A DNA stretch of 63,337 bases, filler included, from Stramenopiles sp. TOSAG23-6 (Eukaryota): NCBI GenBank assembly GCA_900128565.1. It is 13 parts of 13 records of this genome, joined end to end, with 100 filler letters (N's around TTAATTAATTAA, not from the genome) between each part and the next. Parts side by side here need not be neighbours in the genome. Positions count along the whole stretch, not along the records: positions 19,707 to 26,169 come from LT636693.1; positions 26,270 to 32,728 come from LT636694.1; positions 32,829 to 39,281 come from LT636695.1; 10 more parts are not named here. The stretch is one strand, 5' to 3'. Positions 23,146-34,644 of the stretch are shown here, in pieces (the stretch's first letter is position 1; each line of letters begins with the position of its first letter). Both the position numbers and the translations under genes were made by a program. Under the pieces are notes generated by a model, which saw nothing but the letters and a program-made list of their open reading frames with translations, was not told the DNA's origin and made no database searches.

Positions 23146-23985
23146 ATGGTAAACACTAAAGTATTAACATCGAGCATTATTGTAGCAATATACAGCACAG
23201 TAACCATTGTTTCAGGCCTAAAATGTAAAAGTCACCTAGATGGAGTCTACCGAAACAACTTACCCCTCACTAAAAAATGTTTTAGTAGCGTTAAATATTG
23301 TATTTCAGTTTACTTTGCGGATGAAGGGGGTGATTTTGGCAAAGATGGCAAGGGTATCGAATTTCAAGATTGCGATGATTTGAGACGATTTAGATGTAAG
23401 GTTAAGGACACTTTGGTTAAGGACACTTTGGTTGATGGCAATGAGCAAAGTGCTAAAAAAGAAATCTGTGAATATATTTTTTCCCGAGAAATTTGTGAAA
23501 CTGAAGGGAAGGACATTTGTGAATGGGGCGTCCCTGATGACCCTGAAGAATATGAGGGTGACAAAGGAATATGTAGTGGATTTGGTGATCAACCTGGGTG
23601 CTGTATAATGGGAGATAAAACGGTCAAAATTATGTGCTCTGGAACTAACGTTGACGTTGACTTTCACCTTGACCTTGGCAATTGCACAAAAGAATGTAAA
23701 TTCACAAAAATACCAATAAAACATCAACCGGATTCACCCAAGTGGGAAATAGACAGAATTCATTTACTTGAATCTAGAATGATGCGTTTTCTAGATTACG
23801 GGGTGCCTGACCCAGATCGATTTGAATTTGAAGACTTCCTTGGTGAAGAGGAAGAAGATGATGAAGATGATAAAGATGGTGTGGAAGATGATGATTTACC
23901 ACCCAAGGGAACACACGCTTATAACATATTGAATCATGGTATGTGGGGACCGCTGCCTATTCCTTTGAGTGATTATGATTTTTAG
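23146..23985 (+). CDS. Secreted Cys-rich protein with an acidic tail
   Basis: Signal peptide, multiple Cys, D/E run. Confidence 0.65.
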   Translation: MVNTKVLTSSIIVAIYSTVTIVSGLKCKSHLDGVYRNNLPLTKKCFSSVKYCISVYFADEGGDFGKDGKGIEFQDCDDLRRFRCKVKDTLVKDTLVDGNEQSAKKEICEYIFSREICETEGKDICEWGVPDDPEEYEGDKGICSGFGDQPGCCIMGDKTVKIMCSGTNVDVDFHLDLGNCTKECKFTKIPIKHQPDSPKWEIDRIHLLESRMMRFLDYGVPDPDRFEFEDFLGEEEEDDEDDKDGVEDDDLPPKGTHAYNILNHGMWGPLPIPLSDYDF

Positions 23986-24435
23986 GTGTCGTCGGGCAAG
24001 TCGGGACTTTTTGGACTTTTTTAGTGAAAAATTCTTCAACAATTGATACTTTTTTATTATCGATCACTTCTTCTTATTGAATCAAATAAATTGAATAATC
24101 CAATCCCTACTAACTAGTAGTAGTAAAACATTCATTTTTTTTGGATTGATTTTTTTTCTTTTTGAATTTACTGGACAAATAATATAGTTTATAAAAAGTC
24201 TTAAGAGTCATTGCGAAACACGAAATATTCATAATCTATCAAATGTTTTTTTTTTGACCAATGTCGATGTCATATTTTGTTTTTTGTTATTATCGAGGAT
24301 AAATAAAATACAGGAGGATAATATATTATTCCCTATCAAGGAAATCTATTGGCTGTACAGTAAACTTGATTCAGCAGTACAATTTTTATTTGCGATCGAC
24401 ATTATTCATTGAACAATTCTTGAACCTAACGCAGA

Positions 24436-26092
24436 ATGACTTTGCATACGGATGTAGAGATGTCCTCTCTCAAACATCGGCGTGTGGATTTCCAGGAACA
24501 AAAAAAGAATCCAGATACAAGCTTGTTTGTAAAAGAAGTCCGAAGCCCTGCAAGTTTTGTGACTCCACATAACAACAAGAGTAGGAAAAATGGACTTTCT
24601 AAACAATTCTCATACAAAGAAGATACACCGAAACCTCAAAGTCGTATTGAAAAATTCCGTCAACATATAATTGGACCCAAAACAATGTCCTGGTCGGATA
24701 TCGTCACTACAATTCTATCCGCTTTCATTGTTTGTATGATCGCACACACGTTCAATTGTGTAAAGGGTGTTTTAATATTTGGAGATTATAAAAGCACTGA
24801 AGAGTTTGTACCATTAGCTGTAACAATTTATCATGGTACTTCCTTTATTACCGGACTGGCTGTTGTTCTCTATTCAGATTGTCCTATTGGAATTGGTGGC
24901 CCAAATATTAAACATGCTTTTCTTTTTGCTTCACTAATCGTTAAAAACATTGTAAAGGATGTTGTTGGTCACGTAAGTCCCACCGCCGGAGCACATCGTC
25001 GTCTTAGTGGATGTTTTATTTTTTTTCAAATTCGAAATATTGTTTCGTACGAAATTTTTTTTGTACCTAACAAATTTTAGTTTTTTTTTTTAAATATTTT
25101 TCCAAAATATATGAATATGTCTCGTTAGATGTTGACACTGAAGAAAAATTAATATCGACCTTGCTCGGGGCAATTCTTTTTACAAATTTGTTGTTTGGAG
25201 TAATTTGGTACATCCTTGGAAATTATAAGCTCACGAGGGTTGTACAATATATCCCATCTTTTGTGATTTCCGGTTTTATTTCATCTCTAGGGTATTTGAT
25301 CATTATTAAAGCTATCTTTATGTCAACTGAAAAGCACATTTCTTTTCAAATTGGAAGCATGCATGTGCGTCCTCTTATTGAACTAAAATTTTGGAGTTTA
25401 CTTTTACCTGCAATTGTACTAGGAATATTCATGTGGTATGTGAAACATAAGCACATTGGTAAACCGTTGTATACTATGCCTTTAATGATGTACGTTTTTA
25501 TTATGAATTTTTAATTTTTTTTTCATACGAAATTTTGTACCTAACATTTTTTTTGACAAACAAAAAACAAAAAAAAATATTTTTTCACATTAAATGGGTC
25601 TTCCTGTTCTCGCATGTTTTGTTACAATATATGCTCGAGGTTCGTCGATCGACACTGCCAGAAATGTATGTTTTATTTTTTTTTCAATTTCGATTTTTTT
25701 TTTCGTACGAAATTTTGTACCTAACAAAAATTAAGTTTTTTTTTTTTAAATATTTTTCCAAAATACATGGTGATTGGTTTTTTGATGAATTTGAAAAAGG
25801 AACATTTTATCACATTTGGTCAAAATTTAATCTAAAAAAAGTGAATATAATGGCAATATTAAAAATTTCAGGAAATGCATTCATCATAATACTTATTTTA
25901 AGTATCGATGTACGTTTTCATCATGAATTTATTAATTTAGTTTTTTTTTTCATACGAAATTTCGTACTTAACGATATTTTTCATGATTTCGTGTTTTTTT
26001 CACAATACATGTCTTATTGAAGCTTGTCGCATTAAGGAGAGAGTTTGAATTACAAGATATGGACTTTGATAAAGAAATGAGATTGAATGGAT
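24436..26092 (+). CDS. SLC26/SulP family anion transporter, 3' partial, at least 5 introns
   Basis: IGGPN, LTRVVQYIPSFVISGFISSLG and DMDFDKEMRLNG motifs; exons 24436-25008, 25113-25489, 25596-25665, 25769-25909, 26011-26092. Confidence 0.85.
25009..25112 (+). other. Intron, GG-AT (or GT-AT at 25007-25110), 104 nt
   Basis: agt|GGATGTTTTA...CCAAAATATAT|gaa tat gtc in frame. Confidence 0.7.
25490..25595 (+). other. Intron, GT-AT, 106 nt
   Basis: atg at|GTACGTTTTT...CACATTAAAT|g ggt ctt continues a TM helix. Confidence 0.8.
25666..25768 (+). other. Intron, GT-AT, 103 nt
   Basis: aga aat|GTATGTTTTA...CCAAAATACAT|ggt gat tgg. Confidence 0.85.
25910..26010 (+). other. Intron, GT-AT, 101 nt
   Basis: atc gat|GTACGTTTTCA...CACAATACAT|gtc tta restores SIDVLLKL...DMDFDKEMRLNG. 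Confidence 0.85.
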
Positions 26093-26744
26093 GTATGTTT
26101 TATTTTTTTTCAAATTTTATTTTTTTTTTCGTACGAAATTTTGTACCTAACAAATTTTAGTTTTTTTTTNNNNNNNNNNNNNNNNNNNNNNNNNNNNNNN
26201 NNNNNNNNNNNNNTTAATTAATTAANNNNNNNNNNNNNNNNNNNNNNNNNNNNNNNNNNNNNNNNNNNNCGTACGAAATTTTGTACCTAACAATTTTTTT
26301 TAGATTTTTTTTTGAAATATTTTTACAAAATACATGGGAAACGAATTCAACGAGCACTTTAAATACCGTGAATAATCTCTTCAATTTTAGAGATTCTTTA
26401 GGTAAGCCAAAGTAACTGTTTCATAAGCCCACTAGATTAAAAATATAAATAAAAAATATTAGAAGTTTAATCATCCATATTTTATTTATTTTATTCATGA
26501 ATCATGATGATGAGTGATAAATAAAAAGTTAGAAGTTTCGTTCATTTTGTTCAAGATGATCGAAACCATTTTGCGCAAACCTGCTTTTTTAACCAGAGGA
26601 GCGCGTTGTACACCTGCTATATATAACATAGTACTGTGTGACAGTATAACAAAAAGAGAGAAATTTCATATTCTTCAAAAGTGTAGCTAATACAGTCACC
26701 TATCTCTCATAATATCCTTCCTCTTTGTATCTATTCGATACCTT

Positions 26745-28541
26745 ATGTTTATTCGTATATCTATATTGATCTTACTACTTACAAAATCTACAATTGGACT
26801 ACAAAGGTCAACACCAAAGTCTCTCGTGAATGATGATACATGGAACCTGTCACGTGAACTTCGGAGTCTATCAAGTACACGCCTTATGTCCGTCCTCCAC
26901 CGTGCTGGATATTTGAATGTGAATTTGGGACAACTTTATAGTGCAAGTACTCCAAGTGATGAAAAACACAGTCAAAGTCCTCAAATAGTACAGGAAACAC
27001 ATGCTGCACATTCATGTGAAACTGTGACATTAATAACAAATAATCCAACCGATCTAGTGGGTGCTGCAGAAACTATTTCAAAATCTTTCATTGAAGTTGA
27101 CGCGAGTTCTGGACTCAATTCATTATCAAGTAAACTTGGACAACGTAATGGTATTGGTATGCATGATTCTGTAAAAGGAAAGGACGAAATTAAAAAGACA
27201 AAAAAGAAACTCAGTTGTAATTGCGACTCCTATGTACAAAAAAATCATGAATTTCAAAAAAAAATATTTCGTAGTAAATTTTGTACCTAACGGTTTTTTA
27301 TTATTTTTGGTAAAAAAAAAAAAATATTTTTTCACAATAGATAAATGTCAATGTAGAAAACAGTGCTTTTGTAAACTTCAAAGTGACGCCTTTGGTGGTA
27401 CTCAAGTATCAGCAAAAAACACAAAAAATGGATCAGGACAAGCTGGTGGAGCTGGTAATCCTGATCATCAATTTAAGTGCACTTGTTCATTTGAAGGAAT
27501 TGGGGGATACGTTTTCATTATGAGTTTCAAATTTATTTTTTTTTTCGTACGAAATTTTGTACCTAACATGTTTTATTCTACAATAAAAAAAAAATATTTC
27601 TCACAATATTTTGGTGGAATTACCGCAGGTGGGACAATGGACTGCGACTGTAAAATTGCGGATTGTACGTTTTCATTATGAATTTCGATTTTTTTTTTTT
27701 TTTTTGGTTTTTTATAAAAATTTTGTACCTAACCGATTTCGAATTTAATTTTTTTTTTACAATACATGTGCTTGTGAAAAACAATGTTTGTGTCGCCCAG
27801 AAAACGAATTACAGACAACAAGTGAAGATGGAATTTGTGATATTAAAGAAATGAAAACACCAGAAGATTGCTTGAAAGCAAGTCCTCCTGGAAATGTACT
27901 TTTTTATTATGAATTTCGATTTTTTTTTTTTTTTTTTTTTTGGTTTTTGGTTTTCATACGAAATTTTGTACCTAACTAATTTTGAATATTTTTTAAATAT
28001 TTTTTTACAATATATTGGACTCCTGCGACATGTTCAATCCCTGGAATTACTACAAGAGAAGAGTGTGAAAATGCAAAACCGATAAAAGGAAAATGTACGT
28101 GACAATCAGTTTTATTTTTGTTTTTTTTTAATGAAAAAATCCATACCTAACAATCCTGTTTTTTTCGGACAATCAAAAATATTTTTTCACAATATTTGGG
28201 AACCAGAACCACCCAAGGGTATCTGTACAATAAAAAAATTACCACACAATGCGGTTGATTGTAAAGCAGCGGAACCACCAGGGGTATGGTATAAAGATCA
28301 ACACATTTGTGATATACGCCCGCCATTGACTGAAGAAAAATGTGATAAAGTTATTCCAAAAGCGACATGGAAGAGTTATGAGACGTTTCGTTTTGAAACA
28401 CAAAAAAAAAAATCTCCAAAAAATGAAAATCACAATTTTTTTGATGAGAATACTTTTAATAATTCAAATGTAGATGACATCATTGACCCCATTGGTCTTG
28501 ATAAGGATGACGAAACTCTTCATTTTATGGGACTTGGGTGA
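26745..28541 (+). CDS. Secreted Cys-rich repeat protein, 6 exons
   Basis: Signal peptide; repeated CxC...CxCxKQCxC and C...C...PPG.W units restored by 5 introns. Confidence 0.75.
27234..27342 (+). other. Intron, GT-AT, 109 nt, ending AATAGAT with an AG bypassed
   Basis: tcc tat|GTACAAAA...CACAATAGAT|aaa tgt caa tgt gives CNCDSYKCQC. Confidence 0.7.
27507..27611 (+). other. Intron, AT-TT, 105 nt
   Basis: ggg gg|ATACGTTTTCA...CACAATATTT|t ggt gga gives GIGGGGITAGG; full internal motifs present. Confidence 0.65.
27665..27767 (+). other. Intron, GT-AT, 103 nt
   Basis: gat t|GTACGTTTTCA...TACAATACAT|gt gct tgt gives DCACEKQCLC. Confidence 0.85.
27896..28015 (+). other. Intron, GT-AT, 120 nt
   Basis: gga aat|GTACTTTTT...TACAATATAT|tgg act gives PPGNW. 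Confidence 0.8.
28095..28197 (+). other. Intron, GT-TT, 103 nt
   Basis: aaa t|GTACGTGA...CACAATATTT|gg gaa creates the repeat's conserved Trp (GKW, compare GNW and GVW). Confidence 0.75.
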
Positions 28542-28802
28542 AATACCATAAGGTTTGAAAGTAGTAGTAATCATTTAAAATTTGTGATTAGAAATGAAAT
28601 ATGATTATGTACGATTATGTATTGAGATTTTTTTTTTTTCATTAGGGACAAAACAAAAAGTAACATTTGACACTATTTTTATTGAAGGTGAAAACTTACA
28701 AATCAAAATGAAAATCACTAAACACCCCATCGTGTATATAAATGACTATGCTATGTATTTTTCAATACAATTATGTTCAAAACATTCCATAATATTGTTA
28801 CA

Positions 28803-30875
28803 TTATAATTTCACAGTAAACTTTCCATTAAATCCGTGNGTGTTTGCAACAATATCAGAATCACACGATGATCTATTTGAATGAATATTCAAATACTTTT
28901 GTATTTCGTCTTTTTCAGAGCTTCTAATGTTATATATTTGGTTTTTGTATCTAAATTCATGCCCATATGTCGTATAATAATTGCTTAATTTTGACTGTAA
29001 TTCATTTGTATTTTTTTTCACTTTTTCCTCCTGTGTCCAAAGGTGTAATGCCACATTTGTAACATTATTTTGATCATCCTCTGCTTTTGCATCAAGTAAA
29101 GCTCTTCTTTTAATTCTTTTTAATTCATTTTGTAATAAATCATACTTTTGAATCATATTTGTTATTATTTTCACATCTTGTAACCGAACAACTTCCTGTC
29201 TATTTAACAAAAGACATTGTGCATTTGAATGAACACACTTTGAAGTTTCATTTAGAAATTTTACAATGTCAATAAAAGAAATATTAAAATGACTCCAGAG
29301 CTTCCTGACTCTTTGTCTAACTGCATCTAAGTGTAACATTTCTTTATCTTTCACAGGATGTTTATTTACACTGTTCACATTGTCACATGATTTTGCAATT
29401 ATATCTTTTTCTGCCACCTGTAATTTCTCAATCAATTTATTTTTTTCCAGACGTATTTTATTTTCTTTTTTGTGTAATTTTGATAATTTTTCCTTAAAAA
29501 TTGTAGTTTCTTTTACAATATCATTTCGTCTACATTCGAAATCTTTAATCATTGCTTCAAAATCAGATGAAAATTGATTCCCAATATTAGAAGACATTTC
29601 TTTGAATATATCTTTTGCATCATCTTGAAGCTCCTGCAAAAAAATTGTTTCAGATTTTGTTATTTTTTCTATTTCACTCTTAAAATGTATTTTGGAAAAA
29701 TATTTCAAAAAAAAAAATCTAAATGTTTTTTGTTAGGTACAAAATTGCGTACGAAAAGTAAATTCGATTTTTTTGTTAAAAAAAAAAATAAAACCTACAT
29801 ATTTTGAAAGGTCTCCTCTCATTTGGGTTTCAAATTGATTGAATCGTTGACCAATATTAACACCAGTAGCAATTTTTGACATACGGATTTTTTCTTGAAC
29901 ATTCATAATATTTTTTCGTACTATTAAAACTTCATTCGCGTTTTCTCGAGTCTTATTTTCAAGATTTTCTGTCATAGTTTTGAAACATTTTTCAAGTTTC
30001 CATTTTTTTTCAAGTAATTTGACATATAAAATCTCTTTCTCCTCACAAACCTGTCTTTTAATATGGAGACGTAATTTTAAATTTTCTAGTGTACATGTCA
30101 ACTGATCAATGGTATCACTTGATAGACCAAGTGTATTATTTGTAACTTTATTCACTTCTTTTATAATTTTACTCTTTTCAAGAGCTAATTGAGTAGATTC
30201 TTTCGTGTTTTGATTTGTTATAGCGATGATATCTTTTTGAGAATCATTTTTTAATTTTTCAAGTGTTGTAATAGGAAGATTTAAATCGTTTACAGTATTT
30301 TTTACTTCTTCTTTTCCACGTTGTATCTCACTATCAAGGAAGTCAAGTGTATCACTTAAATCCGATGCGTCACGGGTAATGTCTTTTAGTCTATTCCAAA
30401 GAGATTTATCAGTTTCACAAATCAATAATTCTTGTATAAGTTTTACTTGAAGGAAACGGTCCCTTGTGTCAATGATCTCTGTATGACTTTTGTATATTGA
30501 ATGATATTCTTGATTCAATTTGTCTAAAATTAAAGAGTGTTTAACAAGACTGCTCTTTAATTCATTCTGTTCGTGTTTTGCAAAGGCTAACAATTCCTTT
30601 GATAATTTCACTGATTTGTCTGACTCTCGTTGAGAATCCGTCTCCATACTATATACATATTCATGAACACGCTTTAGCTCTGTAGCTAATTGGTATACTG
30701 ACTTTGGACGTTCAAGTTTCTCAGTGGAACTAGACTTTTGTTCCCCCATGAGATAATTTTGTTGTTCTTTTCCGTTAGTGATCACTGACTTGCTTATATC
30801 TTCATTTGAAAGATCACTTGTTTTATCCAAAATAGATTTTTCCATTAATGATCCCTGAATGAGATCACCTGACAT
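28803..30875 (-). CDS. Coiled-coil protein, 2 exons
   Basis: Two long ORFs joined in frame by intron 29685-29798. Confidence 0.65.
29685..29798 (-). other. Intron, GT-AT, 114 nt
   Basis: aaa tat|GTAGGTTTTA...CCAAAATACAT|ttt aag agt. Confidence 0.8.
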
Positions 30876-31224
30876 CAAATATAATTCAATTTAGTCTATT
30901 AATCCATCTAATAGCAGACTGAGATTTTCGTATCTAAAATTGTAATTAAATTACAGTAAAAAAAAATAGTATCTTCTTCAAGAGGAAGGAGATAATTTTG
31001 AGAAATTTGAAATTGAATAAATATTTGGATATTTGGATTTCGTGTCAAGGAGCGTTAACGATCCAAATTTCCTCTCTCTCTCTCTCTCTTCTGAAATCTC
31101 AAAAAATCTAAAAAAATATTTTATTGGTTGGGAGAAGATTTATTTTATCCAGCGCACAAGGCAAGGTTGATTCATTCTGAGTAGAATAAAGAATATTTAA
31201 TCGACTTATTTCTGCTAGAGTAAT

Positions 31225-32596
31225 ATGCCATCTACCTATTTGGAGAAACATGTAAAGAAGAAGAAAAAGGTGAAAGAACGAAATCGACAGCAACGTCTTC
31301 GTGTTGCAGAGCTCACAGATAGTTTGTATCAAGCACAGGAAGAAGCAGCAAGTGCCAACATTCGCTGTAATAATTTACAACGTCGTGTAAATCATCTCGA
31401 GCGTATGAGATCACAAGGACATTCACAACCAAATTCGGTGGGTACTCTTACAATGGCTATTCATAAGAAATCATTGGAAGACTCTGTGATAAATACTGAC
31501 GCTGATACACACAGAATGTTAGTTGAACTTCTTGAAGATACTCGAAGTGCTAAAAATAATTTTGCTTTTGAAATGAAACGAATTACAGAAGAACGGGAGG
31601 AAATTGCGCGTGATAAAGCTAAAATAGCTCAAATTCTACAACATAATCAAAATGGCGATTTGAAACAAGGTACGTTTTCATTATGAATTTCAAAAAACAA
31701 ATATTTTTTTTTTTTTGGTTTTCGTACGAAATTTTGTACCTAACAAATTTCGAATTTAATTTTTTGTACAATACATGTGTACACCATTGGAGTATTAGTT
31801 TCGCAAGTGAGATTCAATCAGACGTGATTCCTTTACAGGATAATATTAGTGCACTTGTCGAAGAACTACAAAAACGACAATTTACTGATACAAAAAAATT
31901 ACAACTACAATGGAAATATCTTTCTAAAGGTATTAAAAAACTTGAAAAAATGTACACTGACAAATGTATGTTTAATTTTAAAAATTTAATTTTAAAAATT
32001 TAATTTTTTTTTTATAGTAAATTTTGTACCTAACAAAAAAAAATTTACTAAAAAAAAAATATATATTTTCCTACAATACATGTCCAAAGAATGAAAATGG
32101 TTCATATTCATTTGTACCAAATCATATATTAGATGAAATTTCTACTGAGTATAAAGCGTTGATTCCAACTGCAATTCGCTGTGCAAAGGAAGAAATTTTA
32201 CAATTATCTTTCAAAAGTGAAAATAATGAAAATAATGAAAATAATGACAACAAAGAAACAAAGAATTTATTTGAAGATTTACAAGAAGAGTGTTGGGAAT
32301 TGAGATCTGAAATAGAAATGAAAAATACAAAATTAAAAAATATACAAGTAAAATATGAAAAAAATTCTTTAAAACTAAAATTATGTACAGATGGAAATGT
32401 CATTTTAAGTCAGAAATTAAAATCTGCCCATGAGCAAATTCAATCCTTACAAAATGAATTAAAACTTTCACAAAATACATTATTAAAAGAAGTCAAAGAG
32501 GCACCTGGAAGTCACACACAGATTATTAATAGCATGAGGCGGCAAATACGTGAAAGAATGAAATTAACAAAGCCACCAGAACAGGATGTTAGAATT
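31225..32596 (+). CDS. Coiled-coil protein, 3' partial, at least 3 exons
   Basis: Three ORFs joined in frame by introns 31670-31776 and 31966-32081. Confidence 0.65.
31670..31776 (+). other. Intron, GT-AT, 107 nt
   Basis: caa g|GTACGTTTTCA...TACAATACAT|gt gta cac. Confidence 0.8.
31966..32081 (+). other. Intron, GT-AT, 116 nt
   Basis: aaa t|GTATGTTTA...TACAATACAT|gt cca aag. Confidence 0.8.
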
Positions 32597-32618
32597 GTAT
32601 ATGATTACTATGAATTTA

Positions 32619-32661
<43 letters not shown>

Positions 32662-32923
32662 TTTTTTCCCTAAAAATTTTTTTTTTTTTTTTTACTAACC
32701 AAAAAAAAAAAAATTTTGAAATATTTTTNNNNNNNNNNNNNNNNNNNNNNNNNNNNNNNNNNNNNNNNNNNNTTAATTAATTAANNNNNNNNNNNNNNNN
32801 NNNNNNNNNNNNNNNNNNNNNNNNNNNNTATTTTTTTTTTGATAAAAATATTTGTTAGGTACAAAATTTCGTACGAAAAAAAAACTGAAAATGTGTACGA
32901 TGAATAAATCATGAGCTACGTAC

Positions 32924-33187
32924 ATATTGAACACAGACAGATTTCATATCCTGTGTACCACGACCGTATATACGACCTCCATCTTCCTCCGTGCGTATTG
33001 CACCAAACGGGTCATATTTCCATTGGTTTTCCATAGCTGGTACAACGTCATAGTGTGAGTTGAGTAGAATTGCAGGTAGAGTAATTGAGCTTATCGTTGG
33101 AATACGAAGAAATTCCTGAAATAGTCCAACTTGCTCGTCATCGGTAAGTGGTACTACAACACGTTCTGTCTCGTTCTTTTCCCACAT
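32924..33187 (-). CDS. ACY1: Aminoacylase-1 (peptidase M20) N-terminal exon, 3' partial, apparently with an internal deletion
   Basis: FQEFLRIPT, ILLNSHYDVVP, WKYDPF and IYGRGTQDMKSVCVQY motifs; donor GTACGT follows. Confidence 0.75.
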
Positions 33188-33558
33188 AAGTGTAGTAGAC
33201 TTCAGACTCGGCTGAATGTAAAGGTAAAATGTGACTGAGTATAGATTATAATTTATCAAGGATATTACGTTTGAATGGTAATAGTCATACTATCATCGAT
33301 ACATTGCCAAAGATGAATAAGTGTCTCTTGTGAACTGCTTTATTTTTGAGAGAAGAACCATTCCGAATTTCCGATTTGCTACTTTTTTAGTCAGCCATAT
33401 TTTTCAAAACACTCCAATTTCCCAGGCTTTACGTACGGATTTTACCTACAAAATGATTTGCTATCAGTGTAGCCATTTAAACAGCTAAACTTCTCTCTTT
33501 TGGCTTTGGTCTCATAAATTATTTTTATTCTCTTTTCACATTCAATTGCTATTTTAAA

Positions 33559-33999
33559 ATGAAGATCTCCCTCCCAATTTTGATACTTTTCTTTTGTGTT
33601 GTCAAAAGCGAAGCCGCTGCTACCGCTGAGGGTACTCCAAATCTTCGTCAAGAGCCTGAACCTGAAGTTAGCACTGAAGATTTAAAAGCTGGAAAACCTC
33701 AGAAAAAAATGGTAGAGGATGCTATCAATGCTGAAGAAGCACTCATAAAGCGTGGGAAAGCATTGGTGAAGGAGCAAGCTACAAACACGGAAGAATATGA
33801 AAAAGATGGCATTACTGGTCAGGTTGTGGCAGAAGAATTGAATATTATTGGAGAAGCTGCTGAAATTGGGGCGAGCCAATTCAATATAATCGAGTTGCCA
33901 GAATTTACCGCTTGGAGAGAAGTTGCTATGCAACACAAAATTTTGTCTTTGGCTGCACTTGGTGCAGTAGTTGCTGCACTTGCTTACCAACTTAAGTAA
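33559..33999 (+). CDS. Small protein with signal peptide and C-terminal TM anchor
   Basis: MKISLPILILFFCVVKSEA and C-terminal ILSLAALGAVVAALAY. Confidence 0.65.
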   Translation: MKISLPILILFFCVVKSEAAATAEGTPNLRQEPEPEVSTEDLKAGKPQKKMVEDAINAEEALIKRGKALVKEQATNTEEYEKDGITGQVVAEELNIIGEAAEIGASQFNIIELPEFTAWREVAMQHKILSLAALGAVVAALAYQLK

Positions 34000-34644
34000 A
34001 TGCGTTATGGGAAGTGAAACGAAACGACTAAATTTCGTAACCTGATGAATCGAAAACTTTCTTTGCATCCTTCTTTGGTTGGCTACTTCAAATATCTCTG
34101 TTTTTAATGGGCTATTTCAAATATCTCCGTGACATTCTTGTCGTTGTGAAATAAAATGTTTAAAAATACTTTACATACTATACTTATTATAATTACTATT
34201 TTTTATTAAAACAAAGTAAGGAATTCCGTGCCATTGATAAAACTTTGGATTTTGTGCAATTGTGTGGAAACTTTGGGTTGCAGGTTTCTAACTATGAGAG
34301 TTCCGAAAGTCACTTTTTGTTAAGCTAAAACAGGTACTGCTTCACATACCTGCATGTGTACAGATATTGATTGCTTGGTCACTGGTTTTACTGCTTGGAT
34401 ACCACCAATTGTAAGTGTCACACCATTTGCAAAAGACTGATATATTTTCGCTCTGATGAAATTTTTGCTGATATTTCGTGTTGTTCTGAATAAAATTCTA
34501 CTTTACAAGCATTTTTTTTGTTTTTTTTCACTCTAGTAGTAGGCCCTTTTCACAAGTTACAATTCTAAAGTCTTCTTCAATCACTAATTGTTACATTTTC
34601 TATTCAGTTTCAGTATTAGGAATTATCTTCGGTATTTTCTTCAG

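Noticed and set aside
25535-26020. ORFs ending in SKFCT or TKFCT, or starting MYLT
   Set aside because: These are translations of the intron core motif, not a protein family.
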